Source: an uncultured Dehalococcoidaceae bacterium
Lineage (GTDB): Bacteria; Chloroflexota; Dehalococcoidia; Dehalococcoidales; RBG-16-60-22
DNA length: 62,974 bases
Assembly: GCA_964615345.1 (NCBI GenBank)
Contig: CAZTMR010000003.1
Location: 3,322-66,295 of the forward strand
Direction of reading: 5' to 3'
The position numbers and the translations under genes are program-made. Positions 30,318-40,095 of the stretch are shown here, piece by piece; the first letter of the stretch is position 1; every line of letters starts with the position of its first letter. Below the pieces are notes generated by a model that was not told the origin of the DNA, did not search any database, and saw only the letters and a program-made list of their open reading frames with translations.

Positions 30318-33300
30318 CTACCGGGGCGGGCCGGGTAAAGCGGCGGTCTCCGCCGGATTCCGGGCGCAGAACCGGATAAGCTCGGCGAAGTTGTTGACCC
30401 GGCTCAGGTTATTGGTCTCCAGGAAGCCGTCATAGGTGAGGCTTATCCAGGGCTTCCGGTAAATGGCGCTGAAGCTGTCCGCCATCGCCGCCACGATGCC
30501 GCCGGGCATACAGCCGTGGGGCATTACCGAGATAATGCCGGCGAAGTCTTTTCTTTCCGACCATTCCACTCCGCTGCCGATGCTGAGCACGGCCTCACTG
30601 CCGCAGCGGGCGGAGAGGTACTGGCCGGATTTTTCCAGCACCGCGGCCGTGGAGGGTTCTCTCCCGTTGAGCAGCTCGTGGTAATGGGCAGCGATGCGGC
30701 GTTCGTCACGCTCCTGGATAAACTTCTTGATGGAGGAGGTCACTATCTTTTTCAGCTTGCGGTCCGTGACGGCGTCTTCCAGGTTCCGGTACGAGGTGTA
30801 CTTAATCCATTCGCCCATCGGGGAGACGATAACCTCAAGGCCGGCGCCTTCACACACGCGTACCAGGTCGTTATTACTGAAGCGGTTGGAGCGCAGGTAG
30901 ATTTCGCCGTTGATACCCACCAGCGGGCGGGGAGGCAGGGCGGGGTCAATGAGTGCTTTGAAATGGGCAGTCGCCCGGCGCAGGATATGGTCATAGTCCG
31001 CCTTGCGGCGAACGCAATCGGCGATTCGGGCCAGGTATTCGTCAAAAAGCCGGTCCGCGGCTCCCTTTTCCTTCTCGTAGGGACGGGTGCGCCAGAGGAG
31101 CCGCTCCAATCCGTCCACGGCGACGATGCCGTTCCAGGCCATCCGCTCGAAATCCCGGCCCAGGTTCAGGTCACGGTAGGCGTTGTTCGATACCGAGGTC
31201 CGTATCGGCAGGTCAAAGCCTATCTCCCGGAGCACCCGGTGCTGTTCGACCGCGTATTTACCGAGCCGGCAGGGGCCGTAAGAGCCGCTCATAAAACCTT
31301 CCACGTTTTTCAGGTCAGTGCCGTCTTCGTAGTAGTAGCGCATAAAATCGCCCAGGGTTACCCGGTAGGGCAGACATTCCGTGCCGGAGGTCACCCGGTT
31401 ACTGTAGAGGAGGTTGCGTTCGTCCGGCTCCGGCAGCACCCTCACCCGGGCCCCGGCGGCTTCCATGGCGGCGCCGACTACCTCGGCGTGGGGGGCCATG
31501 CGGGGTATGAGCAGGGTTTTCTGCGAGTTGATATGGGGGGAAGCGCCGCGGTAAATGTTTTTACGGGTATCCGGTTTGCGCCCGGTCTGGTCAGCAAAAC
31601 CCTTGATGGTATCGACATAGGCTTCCAGGCGGGTGACCAGCCCGGCCTCGGCGGCGTGTTCGTCAATTTCCAGCTGCCCCAGGGGCTTGCCGCCCATAAT
31701 ATCTTCCATCATCCGGAGAATGAACGAGTTAGGGCCGCAGCCGAAGTTGGTCAGGGCAAGGCCGTAAAGCTGCGGGTCAGCTTCGGTGATGGCGGCGGCG
31801 GCGATGAACTTGCTTTCATAGAGCCAGTAGGGCCGGTCCGAGTAATGGCGGGGGTTCACCGCGGAGAGGGGCAGCAGGTCCAGCGGCACCGGCACCACGC
31901 CGAGCTGGGCCAGTTTTTCGGCGATGCCGAGGTTAGCCCCGGAGTCCTGGGACATATAGGAGCGTGAGAGGATGACCACGCCCAGTTTGCCGCTTTCATG
32001 GAGCTGTTTCAGCAGGCGGTTGCCCAGCACCATCCGGCTTTTTTCGAAGCGCTGCTGGGCGCGGAGGCCTTCCCGGGCGGCTTCCCGGCCCTGTTTCCGG
32101 CCGAAGCCCATCTTTACGGCGATTCCGGCCAGGGCGTTGATTACCCCGGCATTACCCCGGCTAAAATCAATGGTGGGGGTCAACATCCGGTCTCCCAGGT
32201 CCAGGGTCTGGCGTATGATATAGGGGGAAGCCTGGATGAGGGGGCAGGCATATTTCTGGTTTTCATCGCCGTCTTTTTCCCCCAGCCGGATAGCGCTGGG
32301 GTAGAGGATAAAATCAGAGTTTTTCAAAGCAGCCACGTGGCCGTGTAGCAGCTTGAGCGGGAAGCAGCTGTCAGTGTAGCTCAGCTCCACGGACCGCTCC
32401 ATAATCTCGCCGGTGGTCTTGCCGGAAAGAGCCGCTTTCACACCGAGCCCGTTGAGGAAGCCGATAAGCAGCGGGGCGTAATCATAGACCAGGAGGGCCC
32501 GGGGTATGCCCACGGTGGGCCCGCGGCCGGAGCCTTCCCGGTAATCGCTGAAGAGCAGCTTCTCCCGCTCATCGAAGAAGGTTTCCACCCTGGCCCGGCT
32601 GACGGCGCTGTCATAGCGGTCACACCGGCTGCCGTAATAGGTAAATTTCCCGTCCGGCATCCGCATACGGGTGATGGTGCAGTTATTATCGCAGGACTTG
32701 CAGATAAAAGTGGAAAGGTCACATTCAGCGTCCACCGCCGGCTGGAAGCCTTTGAACTGAGACGTCCGCCCGGCGGTCTCTTCCCGGGCGAGCAGGGCGG
32801 CACCGATGGCACCGCTGACTTCCCGGTGTTCGGCCACGGTGAGCGTTTTCCCGGGCAACTGCCGCCGGAAGGCAGAGACCACGGCCTGGTTGTAAAAAAC
32901 GGCCCCGGTGAGGATAACCCGGTCGCCCAGCTTGCGGTGACCGACCACCTTGGAGAGGTAGTTTCCGGCGACCGAGTTAGACAGGCTGGCGGTAATCACT
33001 TCCAGGGGCACGCCTTCCTGCTGGGCGGAAGGGACCGCCTGCCCCATAAAGGCGGCGCAACGCGTACCCAGGTCTATGGTGCAGGGCGCGGTAAAGGCAA
33101 GTCCGGCGAACTCCCCGTTTTTCACGGAGACACCGAGGGCGTCCGCCAGCTCGTCGATAAAACTGCCCGTCCCGGCGGCGCAGGCCTTGTTCATCTGGTA
33201 GTCGACCACCACGCCGTTCCGCTTGATGACCAGCTTGGAGTCCTGCCCGCCGATTTCGATAATATCCGCGTCAGGGTCGATTTCCACCGCGGCCCGGGTC

Positions 33301-34472
33301 TGGGCGGTTATCTCGTTTTTCACCAGGTCAGCCCCGATAAAGCCACCGACCAGGTAGCGTCCGGAGCCGGTAACGCCAGCGCCGAGGATGTCCACTTTGC
33401 CGGCGCCAGCGCGGAGCAGGTTGCGGAAAACGTCCTTGACGGCTTCAACCGGCCGGCCGGCGGTCATCAGGTAGCTCTTGGCCAGAATCCGGGTGCCGGT
33501 CTCATCCATTATTACCGCTTTGGTGCTGGTGGAGCCGACGTCCACGCCCAGATAGCCGGCGCAGGCTTCTTCTATGCGCCGGGGGTCACCGTTTCCGGGC
33601 AGGGAAACCTGCTCCAGGGGGGACATTTCAAAATAGTTCTGCCTTTCACCTTCCTCCGGAAGCCGGGCCACCCGCGATTCCGTTCCCCGCGCCAGCAGGG
33701 CGGAACCGATGGCTTCCAGATGAAGGGATTTCTCCGGGACGGTTACCGCCACTTTGTGCCCGTTGCGGGCAGAAATGGCCTCTTCAAGGGCTTTAACGAT
33801 GGCGCCGTTGGCGGCTACTCCACCGACGAGATAGACCGGCTCTTCAAAAACACCCCGGCGCAGCGACATTACCATCCGGGCGATGCTTTCACAGAGGGCG
33901 TAGAGCATCGCTTCCCGGGAGACGCCTTTCTGCTGCAGGTGAATAAGGTCACTCTTGGCGAAGACGCTGCAGCGGGCGGCGATACGGGGGGCCTTACCTT
34001 CAAACTGCAAGGCCAGACGGGCAAAATCTTCCAGGGTGATGCCGAGACGGTAAGCCTGCTGTTCCAGGAACCGGCCGGTGCCGGCGGCGCAGAGAGGGTT
34101 GGAGGCCACCTTCCAGGGTTTTTTCAGTCCGTCTTCCAGCCCGATGACCAGAGAGCTCTGCCCGCCAATCTGGATTATGGTCCGGGCGTCAGGGTGGTAG
34201 TGGAGCAAGCCGGAAGCTACCGCCAGCGAGCTGCTGTAATCCGCCCAGTTATACTCTTCCGGGATGACGCCCTTGCCGGCCCCGGAGACTCCGGCACCGG
34301 TGATACCGGCGACGCCAAACTTCCCGTCCAGGCGGTTAATCAGGGAGTTCACCGCGATGCGGGGGGAGCCGGTAATCTTTTCCGTGTCAAGATGAACCAC
34401 GTCACCGCTTTCCCCGGTCAGGGAAAGCTTGGCGTTAACGGAACCGATATCCAGGCCGAGAGAATAGTCCAT
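30318..34472 (-). CDS. Giant BadF/BadG/BcrA/BcrD-type double ATPase fused to a DUF2229-like domain ('CoA-substrate-specific enzyme activase')
   Basis: Two actin-fold ATPase repeats (LGLDIGSVNAK and LGVDVGSTSTKAV), a Cys-rich CKSCDNNC...RCD segment, and a long C-terminal domain. ORF track starts at TTG 34508; ATG 34472 (MDYSLGLDIGS) is more typical. Confidence 0.85.
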   Translation of the reverse strand: MDYSLGLDIGSVNAKLSLTGESGDVVHLDTEKITGSPRIAVNSLINRLDGKFGVAGITGAGVSGAGKGVIPEEYNWADYSSSLAVASGLLHYHPDARTIIQIGGQSSLVIGLEDGLKKPWKVASNPLCAAGTGRFLEQQAYRLGITLEDFARLALQFEGKAPRIAARCSVFAKSDLIHLQQKGVSREAMLYALCESIARMVMSLRRGVFEEPVYLVGGVAANGAIVKALEEAISARNGHKVAVTVPEKSLHLEAIGSALLARGTESRVARLPEEGERQNYFEMSPLEQVSLPGNGDPRRIEEACAGYLGVDVGSTSTKAVIMDETGTRILAKSYLMTAGRPVEAVKDVFRNLLRAGAGKVDILGAGVTGSGRYLVGGFIGADLVKNEITAQTRAAVEIDPDADIIEIGGQDSKLVIKRNGVVVDYQMNKACAAGTGSFIDELADALGVSVKNGEFAGLAFTAPCTIDLGTRCAAFMGQAVPSAQQEGVPLEVITASLSNSVAGNYLSKVVGHRKLGDRVILTGAVFYNQAVVSAFRRQLPGKTLTVAEHREVSGAIGAALLAREETAGRTSQFKGFQPAVDAECDLSTFICKSCDNNCTITRMRMPDGKFTYYGSRCDRYDSAVSRARVETFFDEREKLLFSDYREGSGRGPTVGIPRALLVYDYAPLLIGFLNGLGVKAALSGKTTGEIMERSVELSYTDSCFPLKLLHGHVAALKNSDFILYPSAIRLGEKDGDENQKYACPLIQASPYIIRQTLDLGDRMLTPTIDFSRGNAGVINALAGIAVKMGFGRKQGREAAREGLRAQQRFEKSRMVLGNRLLKQLHESGKLGVVILSRSYMSQDSGANLGIAEKLAQLGVVPVPLDLLPLSAVNPRHYSDRPYWLYESKFIAAAAITEADPQLYGLALTNFGCGPNSFILRMMEDIMGGKPLGQLEIDEHAAEAGLVTRLEAYVDTIKGFADQTGRKPDTRKNIYRGASPHINSQKTLLIPRMAPHAEVVGAAMEAAGARVRVLPEPDERNLLYSNRVTSGTECLPYRVTLGDFMRYYYEDGTDLKNVEGFMSGSYGPCRLGKYAVEQHRVLREIGFDLPIRTSVSNNAYRDLNLGRDFERMAWNGIVAVDGLERLLWRTRPYEKEKGAADRLFDEYLARIADCVRRKADYDHILRRATAHFKALIDPALPPRPLVGINGEIYLRSNRFSNNDLVRVCEGAGLEVIVSPMGEWIKYTSYRNLEDAVTDRKLKKIVTSSIKKFIQERDERRIAAHYHELLNGREPSTAAVLEKSGQYLSARCGSEAVLSIGSGVEWSERKDFAGIISVMPHGCMPGGIVAAMADSFSAIYRKPWISLTYDGFLETNNLSRVNNFAELIRFCARNPAETAALPGPPR

Positions 34473-34523
34473 ATGCTTCAAGTTTAGCAAAATCAGGCCG
34501 TCTTGCAAAGGCTGACCGGCCGG

Positions 34524-35057
34524 CTAATATCCGAGCCAGCCCTTACCTTTGAGCAGGCCGCGCAGGTAAGCTACCTGGCCGGCGTGCTGGTGGTTATCCC
34601 CCATAACACTGACCAGCCGGACGCCTACCGTGGGCAGCGGCTGATACCAGGGCTCGTCCAGTTCCCGGTCCAGGTCACTTTCCGAAAGGCTGTCAATATA
34701 ACGCCGGGTGCGGGCGAGCACGGCGCGGTGATAATCGACCAGGATACCGGCGGGCGGCGATTTGAAGACGGCCACTTCCGCGGAGCTGTGTCCCCAGCCT
34801 ACGTCGGCCGGGTCAGCCGGGCGGTTGAACCGCTCGTACCAGCTTTCAGACACCCAGAGCTGCTCCTCTCCCATCAGGTCGGCAACGTGGTCGTCCTGGA
34901 CGCGGGTCAGGTGCCACGCCAGCCAGCCCATACTGTTACAGTCAGGCCCGGGCTGCCAGTCCAGGTCGCTCCCGGTCAGCCCGTCCAGGGCCGATTCGAG
35001 AACGCCCAGCACGCGCTCATAACCATCTGTCAGCAGCTTGCGAAAGTCCATTGTCAC
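34524..35057 (-). CDS. DinB-family protein
   Basis: Four-helix DinB pattern with WLAWHLTRVQDDH and HAGQVAYLRG His motifs. Confidence 0.8.
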   Translation of the reverse strand: MTMDFRKLLTDGYERVLGVLESALDGLTGSDLDWQPGPDCNSMGWLAWHLTRVQDDHVADLMGEEQLWVSESWYERFNRPADPADVGWGHSSAEVAVFKSPPAGILVDYHRAVLARTRRYIDSLSESDLDRELDEPWYQPLPTVGVRLVSVMGDNHQHAGQVAYLRGLLKGKGWLGY

Positions 35058-35122
35058 CTCCCAGATTCACGGTGGCTGTTTTTCTCCCGCTCGTTCTTCC
35101 GGGAAAGCCCACCTGCTTGCGG

Positions 35123-35635
35123 TCATTCCGGTTCAACCGGCACGTACAGGGACGCGGACACGGGGTAGATTACCTCCAGGTAGACGGTGGCGCCGGCCGG
35201 GCCGTCTCCTTCCTCCGCGGGGTTGCGGAAGGTCAGCGTGTAGGTATCTCCTTCCGCTTCAGTGGCGATAAAGGAAAAACGGTCAGAGGCGGGGTTATCA
35301 GCGTCTCCGCCGGCGGGTAAAGGAGACCGGTAAACGGTCTGTTTGCCGGTAATGGAAAGGCGGATGTCCTCTCCTTTTTCCAGGTAGAAGTAGCCGTCCA
35401 CCTCTTCCCCGGGGGAAAGCTTCATCAGTATGGCGGTCTCATCTCCGGCGGCAACCCGGAAGCGCATCTGTTTCATTTTCCAGGCCGAACCGAGCTCCAC
35501 GGCCTTCTCTATCTTCAGGTCCGCCGAAGAGGATTGAGGGATATCCTGAGTCAGGCCGGACAGCTCTTCACAGCCGGCGACGGAGAAGAGCGCCAGCACC
35601 AGAAGGGCGATGACGATTTTCCGGGCCATTTTCAA
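35123..35635 (-). CDS. Hypothetical lipoprotein (beta-sandwich-like)
   Basis: Signal plus lipobox LFSVAGC. Lies 8 nt downstream of the carboxyltransferase gene. No family recognised. Confidence 0.6.
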   Translation of the reverse strand: MKMARKIVIALLVLALFSVAGCEELSGLTQDIPQSSSADLKIEKAVELGSAWKMKQMRFRVAAGDETAILMKLSPGEEVDGYFYLEKGEDIRLSITGKQTVYRSPLPAGGDADNPASDRFSFIATEAEGDTYTLTFRNPAEEGDGPAGATVYLEVIYPVSASLYVPVEPE

Positions 35636-35642
35636 CCCCCCG

Positions 35643-37127
35643 TTATTTTTCGGTCAGCTGGCCGGCTTTCGCCCTGGCGATAAGCTCGTCTTCCTTCCGC
35701 ACGTCTTCCATCGTCCGCGGCATGACTTCCGGCGGCGGCGTTTCCAGGCCGTGTTTCCATTTCAGGAAGCGCAGTCCGGTAATGGGATAAAGGGCGTTCA
35801 CCAGAATATCGCCGATATCGTCGGTAAAGTCTTTCACCGCCTCGCGGGCGGCATCCATTTCCGGCTCCAGTAAATCGGCCGGGCGGTGGGTTACCGGCGT
35901 CTGCCCCCGCTTGTAGCGCTTGAGCACCTCCGCCTGCACTTCGGGGTCGATGGGCGCCGGCGGTCTGCCGTAGAGCCCGTAACAGTAGTCCATAACCTGG
36001 GTGGTTACCAGCTTGTACCTGCCGACGAGCACGTTCTGCACCGCCTGCACTCCCACAATCTGGCTGGTGGGGGTGACCAGCGGCGGATAACCGAGCTCTT
36101 TCCTCACCCGGGAAACTTCCCGGTACACCTCGGGGAGGCGGTCCAAAGAGTTGGACTGCTGCAACTGGGAGACAAAGTTGGATATCATGCCGCCGGGTAT
36201 CTGGTGCACCAGAACGCCGGTATCAATGACGGACATCCGGGTCTGGTTCAGGAAGCTGCGGTATTTCGGGGCGATGGACTCGAAGTATTCTCCCAGCTTG
36301 AGCATATGGTTCAGGTCCAGGCCGGGGTCGCGGGGGGTTCCGCGCAGGGTGGCCAGTAGCGGCTCCAGAGCCGGCTCCGACGAGCGCAGGGCGAAGGGGG
36401 CCAGGGCGGTATCGATGACGTCCACGCCGGCTTCCGCCGCCTTGAAATAGGTCATCGCTCCCATACCGCTGGTGAAATGGGTATGGAGCTGGATGGGTAC
36501 CTTCACTTCTTTTTTCAGGGCACTGACCAGGTCATAAGCGTCATACGGGGAAATCAGCCCGGCCATATCCTTGACGCAGATACTGTCCGCGCCCATATCT
36601 TCCAGGATGCGGGCCTTCTGCAGGTAGTAATCAAGGTTAAACACCTCTCCACCCATCCTGGGTTCGGTCAGGGAAAAACAGATGGAGAGCTGGGAATGCT
36701 TGCCGCATTCCTTGACCACCTCGTGGGACCGGGCCAGGTTGCGCTCGTCATTGAGAGCATCGAAGATGCGGAAAATATCGATGCCCACCTCCGCGGCGTG
36801 GCGGACAAAGGCGGTGACCACATCGTCCGCGTAATGGCGGTAGCCGACCAGGTTCTGTCCCCGGAGCAGCATCTGCAGCGGGGTATCCGGCATCAGCTTC
36901 TTGAGGATGCGCGGTCTCTCCCAGGGGTCCTCATTCAGGAAGCGGGTGGCCACGTCAAAGGTGGCGCCGCCCCAGACTTCCATGGAGTGGAAGCCGGCTT
37001 TATTCATCTCGCCGGCGATTTCCACCATGTCATCGGTACGCATCCGGGTGGCCAGATTGGACTGGTGGCCGTCACGCAGGGTGACGTCAGTGATTTTCAG
37101 CGGTTCTTTACCTGTCGCTCTGCTCAT
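35643..37127 (-). CDS. Carboxyltransferase (oxaloacetate decarboxylase alpha / pyruvate carboxylase subunit B / transcarboxylase 5S type) without biotinyl domain
   Basis: ITDVTLRDGHQS...MEVWGGATFD...LLRGQNLVGY...HTH motifs. The protein ends without an (A/E)MKM biotinylation motif. Confidence 0.9.
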   Translation of the reverse strand: MSRATGKEPLKITDVTLRDGHQSNLATRMRTDDMVEIAGEMNKAGFHSMEVWGGATFDVATRFLNEDPWERPRILKKLMPDTPLQMLLRGQNLVGYRHYADDVVTAFVRHAAEVGIDIFRIFDALNDERNLARSHEVVKECGKHSQLSICFSLTEPRMGGEVFNLDYYLQKARILEDMGADSICVKDMAGLISPYDAYDLVSALKKEVKVPIQLHTHFTSGMGAMTYFKAAEAGVDVIDTALAPFALRSSEPALEPLLATLRGTPRDPGLDLNHMLKLGEYFESIAPKYRSFLNQTRMSVIDTGVLVHQIPGGMISNFVSQLQQSNSLDRLPEVYREVSRVRKELGYPPLVTPTSQIVGVQAVQNVLVGRYKLVTTQVMDYCYGLYGRPPAPIDPEVQAEVLKRYKRGQTPVTHRPADLLEPEMDAAREAVKDFTDDIGDILVNALYPITGLRFLKWKHGLETPPPEVMPRTMEDVRKEDELIARAKAGQLTEK

Positions 37128-37385
37128 CGCTGCAAGTCAACTCTCCCTAATAATATTTAGCGCTTAATACTTGTCCGGTGACCGGCTTTTTCTCCCGAAG
37201 GAACTTTCTCCGGCTATTATAGCACACAATGTTTACGGAGATAAGCCCGGGAGGAAAGGTGCTTTCCCGTCCGGCTCGTCCGGCAATTGATTTTTCCAGC
37301 CGGTTTCCCTTATCATACATTGACACCCGTAGTCACGTTCCGGCGATAAGACTACTGCGGGAGTGCCGGGTAGCGAGGTGGTTTT

Positions 37386-38546
37386 ATGATGAAACCGGAA
37401 GTCCCTTATCCATCCCTGGGCACGCCGTCCGTGCTGGTGGACCTGGACCGGCTGGAGGCCAACATTAAAGAAATGGCCACGCTGGCCGCCGGGGCCGGGG
37501 TGGGACTGCGGCCGCATACCAAGATCCACGAGAGCGCCCTTATCGCCCGGATGCAGACCGGGGAGGGAACCTGCGGGGTGGAAGTGGGGCCGGTGGACCA
37601 GGCGGAGGTAATGGCCGAAGCCGGTTTCAGGGATATAGTGGTGGCGCACCCTTTCTGCGGGCATCACAAGCTGGAAACGCTGAAGAGAGTGCTCGGCAGG
37701 CCGGAGGTCACCGTCACCGTGGTGGTGGATATGTTCGAGCAGGCGGAGGGGCTTTCACAGGCCGGACAGGCGATGGGCAGAAAAGTGCCGGTGCTGATAA
37801 AGCTGGAAACCGGGGCCAACCGGTATGGAGTGCTACCCGGCGGGCCGGCCCTGGAGCTGGCGCGGCAGCTCGGCCGGCTGCCCGGAATTGAGTTCAAGGG
37901 CGTATACGCCCACGAGGTTGGCCGGGAGCCGACGCCGGAGGGCATCGAGCGGGAGGCCTTTGAGGTGGCCACCGCGGCGGTGGAGACCGCCCGCCGGATT
38001 AAGCGAGAGGGCATCCCGGTGGCGCACGTCAGCGTGGGCGCCTCGGCAACCTACCGGGCCTCCTGCCGGCTGATAAAAGAGGGCAAGTTCCCAGAGATAA
38101 CCGAGATCCACCCGGGCAGCGGTATCGTCGGCGACCTGAAAGGGGTCTCCGTGCTCGCTTTGCCCGAAGAAAGCTGCACGCTTTCGGTGCTGGTGGGCGT
38201 TATGAGCACGTCACACCCCGGCCACGCGGTAATTGATGCCGGCGTAAAAACGTTCGGCGCCGACTCTTTGATCAATTTGCGGGAGCGGGAGGGGTTTTTC
38301 CGGGAGGGAAATCCCCGGTTCGGCGTGGTGCGGGGAAGACCTGACCTCTGGCTGGGCTCACTTCACGCCGAGACCGGCCGCATATTCTACCGGGACCGTT
38401 CCAAAACGCTGAAGGCGGAGGGCCGACTGGAAGTCATACCGAACAACGCCACCCTGGTAATCAACCTGCATGACCGGCTTTACGGGGTGAGGAACGGGGC
38501 CGTAGAGCAGTTAATCCCGGTCACCGGCCGGGGGCGGGGAAGCTAG
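37386..38546 (+). CDS. PLP-dependent D-threonine aldolase / D-serine dehydratase-like enzyme (alanine racemase N-terminal fold)
   Basis: TPSVLVDLDRLEANI...LRPHTKIHES (PLP-Lys context), with family-typical length. Confidence 0.8.
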   Translation: MMKPEVPYPSLGTPSVLVDLDRLEANIKEMATLAAGAGVGLRPHTKIHESALIARMQTGEGTCGVEVGPVDQAEVMAEAGFRDIVVAHPFCGHHKLETLKRVLGRPEVTVTVVVDMFEQAEGLSQAGQAMGRKVPVLIKLETGANRYGVLPGGPALELARQLGRLPGIEFKGVYAHEVGREPTPEGIEREAFEVATAAVETARRIKREGIPVAHVSVGASATYRASCRLIKEGKFPEITEIHPGSGIVGDLKGVSVLALPEESCTLSVLVGVMSTSHPGHAVIDAGVKTFGADSLINLREREGFFREGNPRFGVVRGRPDLWLGSLHAETGRIFYRDRSKTLKAEGRLEVIPNNATLVINLHDRLYGVRNGAVEQLIPVTGRGRGS

Positions 38547-38568
38547 TATTTCTGCGAGGAGGCAAGCG

Positions 38569-39135
38569 ATGCCGGAACATATTCCGACTTATGAAGAAGC
38601 CCGGGGGCTCTTCCGGGAATTCAACCAGACGGAAAGCCTGCAGAAGCACGCCTGCGCCGTGGAGGGGGTGATGGCGTACATGGCGCGCAAGAAGGGGGAA
38701 GACGAGATCAAATGGCGAATCATCGGGCTGGTGCATGACCTGGACTACGAGCGTTACCCGCAGGAGCACTGCCACAAGATACGGGAGATGCTGGAGGCGA
38801 GAGAATGGCCGGAAGAGTATATCCGGGCGGCCGTTTCTCACGGCTGGGGCATCTGCACGGATGTAGAACCGCAGACCGAGCTGGAAAAGACGCTGTATAC
38901 CATCGACGAGCTGACCGGTTTTATCACCGCGGTGGCGCTGGTGCGCCCTTCTAAAAGCCTGGCCGATCTGGAAGCGAAGTCGGTTATGAAGAAGTGGAAA
39001 GACCGGGCTTTCGCCGCCGGAGTGGACCGCTCGGTAATTGAAAAAGGAGCGGCCATGCTGGGGGTAGAGCTGCGCGACCTGGTAACCGATGTCATCCTGG
39101 GGATGCGGGAGGTCTCGGATAAACTCGGTCTCTAG
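38569..39135 (+). CDS. HD-domain phosphohydrolase
   Basis: H...HD motif (LQKHACAVE...GLVHDLDYE). Confidence 0.8.
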   Translation: MPEHIPTYEEARGLFREFNQTESLQKHACAVEGVMAYMARKKGEDEIKWRIIGLVHDLDYERYPQEHCHKIREMLEAREWPEEYIRAAVSHGWGICTDVEPQTELEKTLYTIDELTGFITAVALVRPSKSLADLEAKSVMKKWKDRAFAAGVDRSVIEKGAAMLGVELRDLVTDVILGMREVSDKLGL

Positions 39136-39211
39136 ACCGGCGCGGGAAATATTGCACCGGGCTGGAGATTGTATTAAGATGTATCGGCAATAACGAAGAG
39201 AGGGGGAAGCT

Positions 39212-40036
39212 ATGGCTCACGACGAAAAGTTAATCACGGAACTGGAGTCCAAAGCGAAAATCCTGCGGCGGGATACCATCGAAATGATAAAGGCCGGAGA
39301 GTCCGGCTGGCTGGGCGGTTCCTTTTCCCAGGCGGACATCATTGCCGCGCTGATGTTTCACCACATGAAGCATGACCCGGCCAACCCCGCGTGGGAGGAA
39401 AGAGACCGCCTCATCGTCTCCAAGGCACATTGCTGCGAGACGGTGTACGCAGCGCTGGGTGAAGCCGGCTATTTCGACAAGAAAGAATACCGGTCTTACG
39501 GGAAGTTCGGCGCCGTGCTGCAGGCGCACACGGAGCGGATAGTGCCCGGGGTTGAATACTCCGGCGGTTCGCTGGGGCAGGGGCTGTCTTTTGCTCTCGG
39601 CGAAGCGCTGGCGGCCAGAATCGGGCGGGAGAAACCGCTTTTCCGGGCGTTCTGTATCCTCGGCGACGGCGAGTGTAACGAGGGCCAGGTCTGGGAAGCG
39701 GTGATGGCGGCGGCCCATTACAAGGTGGATAACCTGGTAGCGATTATCGACCACAACAAGTTCCAGTCGGGCGGAAAAGTGGAAGACCGGATAGACCTGA
39801 CGCCGATGATTGAAAAGTGGCGGGCGTTTGGCTGGGACGCCGTGGAAATCGACGGCCACAACTATAACGAAATCCTCACCGCCCTGGAGAACGCAGACCA
39901 GACCGTGGGTAAGCCGCACGCCATCGTGGCACATACCATCAAGTGCAAGGGCGTGCCTTCCTTCGAGCAGAAGAACCTGCATTTCTGCAAGCTGAGCGAA
40001 GAAATGTACGCCGAGGCCCTGGGAGCGCTGCAGTAG
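39212..40036 (+). CDS. Transketolase, N-terminal subunit
   Basis: GGSFSQADIIAAL...SKAH...GSLGQGLS...GDGECNEGQVWEA TPP-binding motifs. Confidence 0.9.
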   Translation: MAHDEKLITELESKAKILRRDTIEMIKAGESGWLGGSFSQADIIAALMFHHMKHDPANPAWEERDRLIVSKAHCCETVYAALGEAGYFDKKEYRSYGKFGAVLQAHTERIVPGVEYSGGSLGQGLSFALGEALAARIGREKPLFRAFCILGDGECNEGQVWEAVMAAAHYKVDNLVAIIDHNKFQSGGKVEDRIDLTPMIEKWRAFGWDAVEIDGHNYNEILTALENADQTVGKPHAIVAHTIKCKGVPSFEQKNLHFCKLSEEMYAEALGALQ

Positions 40037-40095
40037 AAGCGCCGGCGGGGGAAGCAGGCGGCCGTACCGAAAAAGAGAGCAAGGGAGTCAGAAGA

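Noticed and set aside
30516-34487. Long plus-strand ORFs (483 aa and 553 aa) antisense to the 1396-aa activase gene.
   Set aside because: Same reasoning: R/G/P/H-rich composition and no motifs, while the opposite strand encodes well-supported ATPase repeats.
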